Shown here one piece after another: positions 51,445-62,800 of a stretch of 64,000 nt of DNA. The position numbers and the translations under genes are program-made. The number at the start of each line of letters is the position of its first letter. Position 1 is the first letter of the stretch. The stretch is from positions 45,209,915-45,273,914 of the forward strand of contig NC_068990.1 of the NCBI RefSeq assembly GCF_001194135.2, written 5' to 3'. The notes beneath the pieces were generated by a model. The model did not search any database, was not told the DNA's origin, and saw nothing but the letters and a program-made list of their open reading frames with translations. Origin of the DNA: Octopus bimaculoides (taxonomy: Eukaryota).

Positions 51445-53118
51445 CATCATCATCGTCATCATTTAATGTCTTCTTTCCATGCTAGCATGGGTTGGATGAT
51501 TTGACTGAAGACTGGCGAACCAGATGGCTGCACCAGGCTTGAATCTGATCTGGCAGAGTTTCTACAGCTAGATGCCCTTCCTCACGCCAACCACTCAAGA
51601 GTGCAGTGGGTGCTTTTACGTGCCACCGGCATGAGGGCCAGTCTGGCGGTACTGGCAACGGCCACGCTCAAATGGTGTTTTTTATGTGCCACCTGCATAG
51701 GAATCCGTCCAGCAGCACTGGCAATGACCTCCCTCGAATGTTTTGTTCACGTGCCACCGGCACAAGTGCCAGTAAGGCGACACTGGTAATGATCACACTC
51801 AAATGGTGCTTTTTACGTGCCACTGGCATGGAAGCCTGAGAGCTGCTCTGGCAGTGATCACGCTTGGATGGTGCTGTTAGCGACTGGCACAGGTGCCAGT
51901 CATCGAATTTGGTTCAATTTCGATTTCACTTGCCCCAACAGGTCTTCGCAAGCAGAGTTTAGTGTCCAATGAAGGAAGGTTGGGATGGGTGCCAGTCGTC
52001 GAATTTGGTTTGATTTCGATTTCACTTGCCTCAACAGGTCTTCGCAAGCAGAGTTTTGTGTCCAAAGAAGGAAAGGTACGCATAAGTGGGCTGGCTACAC
52101 CCCTGGTAAAGGCCACGGGTTATGGTCTCACTTGTCTTGCCGGGTCTTCTCATGCACAGTATATTTTCAAAGGTCTCGGCCACTAGTCATTGCCTCGGTG
52201 AGGCCTAATGTTCGAAGGTCGTGCTTCACCACCTCATCCCAGGTCTTCCTGGGTCTGCCTCTTTCACAGGTTCCTTCAACTGCTAGGGTGTGGCACTTTT
52301 TCACATAGCTATCCTCATCCATTCTCGCCACATGACCATACCAGCACAATCATCTCTCTTGCACACCACAACTGATGCTTCTTAGATCCAACTTTTCTCT
52401 CAAGGTACTTACACTGTTGAGTATGCACACTGACATTACACATCCATTGGAGCATACTGGCTTCATTCCTTGTGAGCTTACGCATGTCCTCAGCAGTCAC
52501 GGCCCATGTTTCACTGCCATGTAGCATGGCTGGTCGTACACATGCGTCATACAGTCTGCCTTTTACTCTGAGCAAGAGGCCCTTTGTCACCAGCAGAGGT
52601 AAGAGCTCTCTGAACTTTGCCCAGGCTATTCTTATCGTAGAAGCTACACTTTCAGCGCACCCTCCCCCGCTACTGACTTGGTCACCTAGGTAATGGAAGC
52701 TATCAACTACTTGTAGTTTTTCTCCCTGGAAGGTGACAGAAGCTGTTCTCTGCACATTTTCAGTGTTTATTGCTCCTGAGCATTTACCACATACAAAACG
52801 TAACTTCCTAGTTAACCTTCCTTTGATATTACTGCACCTCTTATGTGTCCTTAGCTTGCACTGGGTGCATCTTATAGAGTTTCTACCTACGCCTTTTCTA
52901 CAGATCGAGCAGGGTCATCTACCTGAAGGGGTTTGTGGTTTGTCTACCTTCCTACTTATTAGGACTTTGGTTTTAGTTAGGTTGACTCTAAGGCCCTTCA
53001 ATTCTAATTTTTGCTTCCACACCTGAAACTTCTCCTCTAGTTCTAATAGTGACTCAGCAATTAGAGCAAGGTCATCAACATAGAGGAGCTCCCAGGGGCA
53101 TCCTGTCTTGAATTCCTC
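51445..53118 (-). mobile_element. 5'-truncated RTE-clade LINE (~1.67 kb) nested in the hAT MITE
   Basis: PWELLYVDDL, VVDSFHYLGD, KGRLYDACVR.AMLHGSETW, WYGHVARM...GRPRKTWDEVV; (GAT)n tail at 51445; TATAGT flanks at 51439-44 and 53119-24. Confidence 0.92.
51895..52080. repeat. 96-bp tandem duplication in the LINE 3' UTR
   Basis: GCCAGTC[A/G]TCGAATTTGGTT...GGTCTTCGCAAGCAGAGTTT units start at 51895 and 51991. Confidence 0.9.
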
Positions 53119-53867
53119 TATAGTATTGTATACAAATTATATAATTTTGTATTAAATATCAAATGATTCATAGTATATATAAATTAGTAAAATATAAAAT
53201 ATTTATTTATACATAAAAATAGTGGTGGGGTGTTGAGGGTATTATGTGGCCATGAGGTGGGGGGAGCAAAAAGTTTGAGAACTTTTGCTGTAGAGCTTTA
53301 ATAAATCTTAATGCACTGTATTCATAACATCCTTGGCTAAGCTTGAACCCATAGTCAAAGTGAATGCAGTATTGTAGCTACTCCATTAAGTTGAGGATTC
53401 TAAAATAATTTTATTCTGAATAATAATTCTTTCTGATATAAGCAAAAGGCTTGAAATTTGGTGTGAGAGAGTTAATCGATTACATTGACCCCAGTGCTCA
53501 ACTGGTACTATTTCATTGACCCCAAAAAGATGAAAAGCAGTCAATCATGGCAGAATGAACTCAGAACGTAAAGATAGTCAAAATGCTTGGCAACATTTCA
53601 TTCAGCATGCTTAACAATCCTGTCAGCTTGCTTCCTTAATAATAATAATAATAACAACAACAACAATTTCAAATTTTGGCAAGAGGCCAGCAATTTTAGG
53701 GGAAAGAGGAGACTAATACAGAATTACTCTCAATAATAATTCTAATATAGACACAAAGCCTGATATTTAACAGCAGGGGTTTAGTCGATTACATTGACCC
53801 CAGTGCTCAACTGGCACTTACTTTATTGACCCCAAATAGTAATAATAATAATAATAATAATAATATG

Positions 53868-54168
53868 ATTAAACCTTGGGAGAGGCATTATGCCGGTAAT
53901 AAATGCACGCACTGGTTCAGTCCTTTATTAATTTATATAGTTTTTTGTTAAATTATTTCATTGCACTCTTGCAATCTCTTCAGTAACTTGTCTCTCCACT
54001 TCCATTTATTTTGAATAAATAAATAAATAAATGGAAGTAGAGAGACAAGTTACTGAAGAGATTGCAAGAGTGCAATGAAATAATTTAACAAAAAACTATA
54101 TAAATTAATAAAGGACTGAACCAGTGCGTGTGTTTATTACCGGCATAATGCTTCTCCCAAGGTTTAAT
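53868..54168. repeat. 301-bp near-perfect palindrome (144-bp arms, 13-nt loop)
   Basis: 53868-54011 is the reverse complement of 54025-54168 with 4 mismatches by manual comparison, all transitions. Confidence 0.97.
54049..54089 (+). ncRNA. Minimal type I hammerhead-ribozyme-like motif (mirror copy on - strand at 53947-53987)
   Basis: GTTA-CTGAAGA-G-ATTGCA-AGAG-TGCAAT-GAAA-TAATT-TAAC: stem I GTTA/TAAC, CUGANGA box, 6-bp stem II, GAAA box. It lacks the C that normally pairs with G10.1, and stem III is minimal. Confidence 0.4.
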
Positions 54169-55291
54169 TGTATTTCTTTCAACACACGTATCCACGTCAA
54201 GAATCTTGCACACGAAATAATAATATGCCCTGATGCATATAATAATAATAAGCCCAGGCAGTGTCTCTCATGGCTTTTGATCTTAATTGATTGGAAGTGT
54301 TATCATGTACATGTTTCGTTTTGGTATAAAAGTTGGGCTACAGCAAATATTCTGCTCAGTACCACAGATTTGCTTGCCAGTTGCTTGACCTTAACCAGTT
54401 GAGCATGTCTCTTAGTGGCTGACAATATACGCATCTCTGATCATGAGCAGAAGTAGTGGAGGAGCATCATAATCATATGCTGAGGAATTCTTTGGATTTG
54501 AATAATTCACTTCTGGAAACATATGTGTTTTGTTCATGGTCCTTAAACAAACTTTATTCAGGGACCTTTTGAGCAGAATGGGCTACTCGACCTGAAGAAA
54601 ATTCTAACTGATCCCCACCTGCAAGGTCATGTGCTGTTTTATTAATGAGATCACCATATCGCACATGTATGGTTCTGATGCATGTACCTGGTGTACATTA
54701 GACAGGTAGTCATGATGGGTATATTGGGCTTCATATATTTGTACCCCTGTGTCACTTCAATAGCGTGTGCTGCTCTCTCACTCAATAATAAAGGCTTCAG
54801 ATTTTGTCTGAGGCCAATCATTTCAAGGGGAAGGTATTAGATGATTCCATCAAACCCAATTTTATTTTCCGTTTGGTTTTTACATGTTCTACTACTGCAT
54901 CCTTGCTAACATAGTTCTATTCCATTTGCACAACAAAAATTTTGACATCTCAAAAAAATAACTGGAAAGTGAGTCTAACAATTTTTGTGTTTTTAAAATT
55001 ACTGAAAATGATTTTGCTGATGTAATTACTTTAGTTTCCACACCCATTCTTGGATCAAGATGCTTGCTACACTAGTAAAATTCCATAAAATAAAAATGAT
55101 AAAAATAAATGACTTTATGGATTATTTTCTATTGCAATTTCAGTAATTTACAATTCTGACTGTAAATATCTTCTTTATTTTAGTATATATGTAATGTGTG
55201 TGTTATATATAATATAGCTTTATTTTGATATCTAATGTAAATGTAATAAGTTAACTAACAATTGTTTTTCTTGTTTTCTTTCTTCTCTTAG

Positions 55292-55318
55292 CTGCTGTCA
55301 AAGACGTTATAACGTCTG
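55292..55318 (+). CDS. TSC2: Candidate 27-nt symmetric (phase 1/1) microexon w27 adding AAVKDVITS
   Basis: ACTAAC branch-like motif at 55254-55259, ~30-nt pyrimidine tract, TAG acceptor, TG|GTAAGA donor; no stop in the required frame. No homology or transcript support available here. Confidence 0.65.
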
Positions 55319-55367
55319 GTAAGATTCTACATTTTTATTTTTATTTTTACTTCTCTTACTTTATCTA

Positions 55368-55750
55368 CTGTATATACTTGTAGATAGGTCACACCAGTGG
55401 ATAGGTCGCACCCTAAGTTTGGGGTTGTCAAAGTAGGTATTTGCGGTTGACTTGCAGATAGGTCGCACTATAATCTGGGGAGTTACATGGCCCTTTTTTT
55501 AATGTAAATGCAACTAATATTTGTTAGATATTTTCAAATATTCACCTTTATTTCAAAACTTTGCTTACAAATATTAAGACATTTTCATGGAAGTGACTTT
55601 ATGAAAGTAATCTAATTGATAAATCAACTCAACTACTGATACGTTGCTGTCTACTTCAGTTCCTTGTGATATTGAGTGGATAGGTTGCACTCCTGATTTG
55701 TATTGAAATTTTTGGTAAAAAAAGTGCAACCTATCTGTGAGTATATATGG
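55368..55750. mobile_element. pogo/Tc2-like MITE
   Basis: TA-flanked imperfect TIRs CTGTATATACTTGTAGATAGGTCACAC / GTGCAACCTATCTGTGAGTATATATGG, with internal repeats of the ATAGGT[CT]GCAC motif. Confidence 0.75.
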
Positions 55751-56843
55751 TATTCAGTTGTTATTTTTAAATCAAAACCTATTTATAAAGTTTTTTTCTT
55801 TCTTTTCAAAGTCTTGGTCACAAGTAGAAAAGCAGTACTTGTGGGTGTTTACAGGGCATTTGAAAGTCGTGAGAGGAAGAGATAGAGTTATGTCAGATTG
55901 AAAACCTGGCTTGAATACTTACAACAGAATAGATTCCACTAAAGGCACATTTAGTTACGTGGTGGTGATTGTTGTTTAGTCCCAGGTCATCTCTGATCTG
56001 GCAGATTTATAGTCAAAGGCACTCCCTGTGTGCAAAACCTGTTTTTTTCTTTTATTTTTGTTTATCAAACTTAGAGTATTTAGAACTAGATTGCCTGATG
56101 TTCTGTTTCTAAATGGAGAGATTTTATCGCTGTTTTAAGCAGATCAAGTGATGGTGTACAGGTGTATTCATTAACTTGCTATTGCAGTTAACTCGTTAGC
56201 ATTCAGATTACTCTGTCAAATGTAATGCTTATTTATTCACATTGTTTTAATTTAATCATGCATTATCTTGTAACTTCAAGATTTTGGTGATGTGAGTCTG
56301 CTTATTTTTAAAATGACACTGTAGGGTAAGTGTGAGAGGCCAGATCTGGATGATTTGAACATAAAAGAAGTAGAATATTTGAGACTGACACAGCCAGTTT
56401 AAATGATAAAAGGCTAACTATACATCAGTCCTGATTCAACAAAAAAACTTTAATCGTAAAGTATTCCATCTGTGACATCTTGTCATTTATTCAGGCCCAG
56501 TACTGGATAATTTTTAGATTTATTCTTACACGTATAGGATGTAAATTGAGTGAGACCTGGCTGCTGTTTCTAGCAAACTAAGTAGCCACCTGAAGGTTCC
56601 CCTCATTGAATGGTTTGACAGGAGCCAGAGGACTGCAGCAAGCTCTACTGTCTGCTTTGGCATGGTTTCTGAATGCCCTTCCCAGCACCATCCACTTTAA
56701 AGATAAACATACTGGATACTTTTTATATGACACCAGTACAATTAATTAAAGACAATTTTTTTAATTATATAAATACTCTCATTTTACTATCATGTTCCTC
56801 TCAGGAAATAATTCCATTTCACTTATTGTTTTCTTTCTCTTAG

Positions 56844-56932
56844 ATATTGCTGAATCTTTGGGACAAGAATCCAAGACAATTTCCGACGATAAATTAGCTG
56901 CTTTGGTTCGGCTAATGGCAATCCACTGTAAT
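56844..56932 (+). CDS. TSC2: Tuberin exon w28
   Basis: CTTAG acceptor; (D)IAESLGQESKTISDDKLAALVRLMAIHCN (TSC2 [20 protein letters not shown]); donor GTAAGT; 89 nt, phase 1/0. Confidence 0.95.
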
Positions 56933-58016
56933 GTAAGTATAAGAGTTAGTAAATAATTTTGTTTTGGAGTATGAATGAAATATATACTTTCTCTCTTTGT
57001 GGTACATGCTGAAATGCTCTCTTGCACCCCAGATTAAGAATCAATAGATTAGAGTATCTGCTTCATTTATTCAAATTTTTGTTCAGTATACAATATACAA
57101 AATATCAGATATTGGATGAAAACTAAAGAAATTTGAATTAACTTGGAAAATAATCATACATTCATTTGTCATGATATGATTATCGGTTATCTACATTCTG
57201 TTTTTAGTTTTTAACTCTTTCATGACTATATGTCTAATGAATCATATTGGATATGTATTTCAATTAGTTTTGAAAATAATCAAACATTTCGGAAGGATTT
57301 AGTAACTTAACTTTATCATAATTTGGTGGTTGTTTGGACCACTAACTTCAAAGATTTTGAAATAAAACTAAAATAGAATTAAAATGACTGGCTTTCATTG
57401 AGATAATTATCATCATCGTTTAACGTCCACTTTCCATGCTAGCATGGGTTGGACGATTTGACGGAGGACTGGTGAAACCAGGTGGCTACACCAGGCTCCA
57501 ATCTGATTTGGCAGAGTTTCTGCAGCTGGATGCCCTTCCTAACGCCAACCACTCCGAGAGTGTAGTGGGTGCTTTTACATGCCACCGGCACGAAGGCCAG
57601 TCAGGCAGTACTGGCAACGGCCACTCTCAAAATGGTGTTTTTTACGTGCCACCTGCACAGAAGCCAGTCCAGCGGCACTGGCAACGATCTCGCTTGAATG
57701 ACTTTTCATGTGCCACCAGCACAAGTGCCAGGAATGCAATGCTGCGGCCCAAATGCCAGGAAGGTGACGCGGGTAACGATCACGCTCGAACGGTGGTGCC
57801 ACCACGATTTCGCTTGCCCCAACAGGTCTTCGCAAGCAGAGTTTAGTGTCCAATGAAGGAAATGAATCTTTAAAATGAGTGGTCTTTGTATCATTGGTCA
57901 GATGTGGTCTAGTGGATTAATATCAAAAAGCTTAAACAAGCATATACAATTTTATTAACTTTTGCATACAAAAATAAGAAAATATATATATTTACTATAC
58001 AATTACTTTATTTCAG

Positions 58017-58214
58017 TTGGCATCTATGGTCCTTTGGAGACAGAAAAGTAACCCTAAAGATCCTTTTGCATCTAATTGGTTGGAACGTCTAAGACACATG
58101 AAACGACTACGTAGTAAAGTAATGGAGAAATTGAAAACAGCTGCCGACGAGAGGGCTGGCTATGATCGGACTGAAGCAAAAGTTTTTCATGAAGATTTCA
58201 CGGACTATTCCTGA
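58017..58214 (+). CDS. TSC2: Tuberin terminal coding exon w29
   Basis: TTTCAG acceptor; LASMVLWRQKSNPKDPFASNWLERLRHMKRLRSKV...FHEDFTDYS* (TSC2 YPSKWIARLRHIKRLR and C-terminal EDFTEFV); TGA stop. Confidence 0.96.
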   Translation: MASMVLWRQKSNPKDPFASNWLERLRHMKRLRSKVMEKLKTAADERAGYDRTEAKVFHEDFTDYS

Positions 58215-58502
58215 AGATTTAATCTTTCTATAGCACACTTCTCCTTCTTCCATTCTACATCAGTCATTTTTTTTCCTCTCCCTTTCTCTCTCTCTCTGTT
58301 TCTCTCTATCTCTCTCTCATATCTGTCAACCCTCTCCTTTTTATTTGCATCATTACCATTTTCCATCTAGAAATCATTCTTGTTGCCAAAATGCTGGTGA
58401 TGTGTTTTCGTTTTTTTTTTTCCCTGTCTCACCAGTACCTCACCTTACATATATATATATATATATGCGTATATAAATATATATATATACATATATTTGT
58501 GT

Positions 58503-58593
<91 letters not shown>

Positions 58594-59069
58594 TATATAT
58601 ATATATGTATGTATATGATATGACTCTTTTTTTGAGAGCGTGGCTGATTTGAACGTGTGTCTTCTAATTAATGAAAGAAGAGAGTAAACGAGCTCAGCAA
58701 GTCTGCTAGACTTTTCAACCCTACTCCAGCTAATTCTGTAACCATGGAAATAGGCAAAAATGGTTGTGTGACATGTCTGTCTAAATAGAACTGACCCCAG
58801 AACCTTTAACTGTGGTTGATATTTGTTTGTTTTGTTTTTCTTACATCTCTCTTTCTCTCTCAACTTGTACCCTCCCATCACCCCTTCTGTCACCCACCCC
58901 CTTCTATAAAAAAAAGCAAACCTTCCCCTCACCCCACCCTAACCACTGTATGCCCCCAAACCATTCAGAAACTTCTCTATTCTATCTGACCCTGGAGCAA
59001 ATGAAGGAATTGAGTTCTTTCTTTGCTTTTAGTTGATGAGAATTAAAAAAAGGAAAGACAAATGAAAAA

Positions 59070-59689
59070 TGTGTATATGCATGCATGTATATATGTGTGT
59101 GTTTACATAAATATATATATATATGCATATTTAAACATACATACATATACATACATGTTTACATATAAAAGGATTAGCCAAATTCTTGTCAACTTTTCCT
59201 GCTTCTTTTCTTACAAATTTTGTACATAATATCATATATATATGTATGTATGTGTGTATATATACATATATGTATGGGTGTATATACATATATGTGTGTA
59301 TATACATGTGTGTATATACATATATGTACATATACATATATATACATATTCATATATATACATGTGTATATATATATGTATATATATATATATATATATA
59401 TACACATGTGTGTATGTACACACACATATATATATATATATGTATGTACACATATGTGTATATGTATGTATATACACATGTATGTATATACATATAAATG
59501 TATATATATGTATATATGTACATATATACACATGTATATATATACGTATATATACAAATATATGTATGATATACACATATATANNNNNNNNNNTATATAT
59601 ATATATATACATACGTATATACACATATATGTATGTATATACACATATATGTATGTATATTCATATATGTATGCATGTATATACATATA

Positions 59690-59751
<62 letters not shown>

Positions 59752-59870
59752 TATATATGTACTATGTGTGTGCATGTCTAAGTATACATATACACTCATG
59801 CACACACACACACATATATATATATATATAATATGTAGGTATGTGTACATCACACACATAACATAAATAA
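59070..59870. repeat. Compound (TA)n/(CA)n/(TG)n low-complexity tract (other microsatellites near 5090, 17699, 18480, 38229, 58513, 60730)
   Basis: Directly visible dinucleotide-derived sequence. Confidence 0.95.
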
Positions 59871-62800
59871 CACAGCAGAATGGAAACAAACAAACTCAAA
59901 GTTTAAAGATAATACAGAAAAATAAAGAGACCTGTATAAAAAAAATATTTCCTCCTCCCTGCTAATTTTACCACTGGAAAGATGTCAATACTTACTATTT
60001 TGATTAGCTTTCAACCCTTAAGTTCTGTTTTTTTAATTTTTACCAGAAAATATTGATATCTTTTTACATTGGATATAGAAATTGTAAAAATGAGCATAAA
60101 TGAAAATATAATGAAGACAAAGTATTGAAACAGAAATCTAGCTCTAAAGTTTATAACTAAATTTCTGTTAGTGTATGTGTGGCTAGTTTGTACATATAGT
60201 GTATGTGTGTGTGTGTGTGTGTTTTGTATAGAATAAAAAAGTATGTAAATGTATATCTATGTATGTTTGTGTCTATATGAATATATATATATGGGCTAGC
60301 GTATGTATGCATAAATGACTGTTCTATGTTGATATATATATATATACACACACACACACATATTTATACACACATACATAGTTTTAATGTATGTATTGCT
60401 ATTACAATAATGTATCTATATGGAAGTACTCTGTGTATGTATGTGTGTGTGTGTGTGTGCGTGTTTTTTTTTATGTATGTATAATTATATATATGTGTGT
60501 ATATTCGCACATACATGAACATAATTGTACCATGTAGATTGATATATATATCTTCGTGTTTACATTGACATGCCCTTGTATAAATATAATTTATATCTAA
60601 GTGTTATCATGTAGTATGTATGCTATATATATTTTGTACTTCCATGCATAATAGTTTATATATGTGTGGGTGTGTAATGTTTCTAAATATATAAAACTTG
60701 ATTATGTTATGTTCAAGAGTATCCATTTTGTGTGTGTACACACACACACACACACACACACATACATGCATATATATATATATAGGTGTGTGTGTGTATA
60801 TATATACACACACACACACACATACACACACATGCGATAGTTGAATAAATGGTTTATATATGCATGATGTATTGAATGTGCAGATGTAGTTAATATGTAT
60901 ATATTTCATCTACCTTAATTTGTTCTAAACTTGAAAAGGAAAAAAAAGATTTTTATTTAAATTAAATTACGACGAAACCCTGATTACTAATTCAAATTTA
61001 TTAAGTGTAAAAAAAATTTTCTACTGACTTGTCATAATTATTTTATTAAAAAAAAATACCAGTTGAATATTTTTATCACTTTAAACCTCTCCTTCCCACA
61101 TGCTATCCATGCCAACTGTGTATGTAGAGAGAAAACAGATAAACAAACAACCCCAGGAAAAGACACTCCCTCTTTTTCCTTTCCTTTTTTTTTTTTCACA
61201 GATTAAAAAGATATTTTCCCTGTTATTATTTTATTTGCTATAACCAAATTTGAACCTCTTAAGTTCGTTATGGTTAAATAACAGCAACGAGACTCCTATC
61301 TCATTATTCTTTTCTTCTTCTACTTGTATATGCTACTTCACTTGAAGAGATGGATGAAATTAGAGGGTAGGCGGAATATGAAAAGGAAAGCCACATGGGG
61401 AGGGTGGGAGTATTGGAATAAAATTACTTTAAAATTTTTGACATGTAGTCTTAAAAGGACTTCCAGATATGATCTCCAAATTGAATACAGTATTAATGTT
61501 TTGTTATTGGATCTCCCCACCCCAATATATTTATTATACATATATATAATTATGTGTGTGTGTGGGTGTGTGTATGTGTGTGCGTGTGTGCATATATGCT
61601 TTTTCCTTTTCTTTTGTGCTTAAACAATCACATAATCACCCCTCTCTTCCCTCCTCCTCTCTTTCACTTTCTCTCTTTCTCTCTGCCTCTTTTCTTCATT
61701 TCCATGATTGATGGACAAGTATTGCAGCTTCCTCTTGAAATGATATCTGTATTTAGTATGTTTCCATTGTTCCTTAAAATTTGGGAGTAAGAAATTACCT
61801 AACTATTTTCATTCAATGTTGTTTTTATTTTATTTATTTATTTTTTTTCAAACTAATCCCCCTTTAAATATTTACTTTATCTTAATGAATCACTAGTGAA
61901 AGGCTAATGAAATATGAATGCTGATTATCTGTATATCAGGTACATCAGCAAGGCTACTCTCTTGTAATATCAAATGGAACAAATTCCAAGTGAATCTAAT
62001 GTGTCTCCTCCTTGTTAACACTATGATTAGACTAAACAGTAGCAAGAGTAAAGATTGATGTTTAGTGACATAGTGGCATATACTTTATATAAAAACAAAA
62101 AAACATAGATAAACATGACACTGTAAGGGAGAAGATGTGTAATGCAAAATGAAGGGTTAGGTTTATTTTATATTTTGCCATTAACCTTGATAATAAAGTT
62201 ATTTAGTTTATCAGTTACTCCAACAAATGAATTTAGTTAAGTGTTTGTGGAATGGTTATCCTATTTTTGAGAAGACTAAAGTTTTTAAGGTTTAATTTTG
62301 TGTGTATTTATAATAATATATGAATATATCTTACAGAAAATGTGTTGGTATTAAAGTTATTGAAAGCTGTTTGGGTGAAGTTTATGTACGACAATATCAC
62401 TTTTGTTATCTACAGTATATTAAATATTAACACAAAATTAAGTATATGAAGCTAAGTTTAAACTGACAGGAATTTGAACTGTAGAAAAACACTGAGTATA
62501 TTTGGTATAATTAGTTTAGTTGCACTTACTATAACTTTGATTTAATTGAAAACTAATTTAGTTATGTTTTCTGAAAATAGAACAGGCAATGATAGAAGAA
62601 ATATTTGTTCTTATTACTAGGATTAAATAACAGATATTGTTTTTTCATTCTCTTCACTCCTTTTCATATCAAGAGTGGGTACATAATTGTTCAAATAGTT
62701 AATGATATAGAACATTTAATTTATTTTTGAACTCCATAATTTTATAGTTTTTGTAAAAAGAGAGAAAAGAAAAAGAAAAATACATGAAAGAAAAGTTATT

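Larger units (their letters stand above)
51294..53287. mobile_element. hAT MITE split by a LINE insertion
   Basis: TIRs CATAGGTTCTCAAA / TTTGAGAACTTTTG; perfect 8-bp TSD CTGTAGAG at 51286-93 and 53288-95. Confidence 0.9.

Noticed and set aside
58391-59889. Long Y/I/H/T/C/V/M-rich ORFs
   Set aside because: Translations of (TA)n/(CA)n microsatellites that lack stops by composition; some cross N runs.
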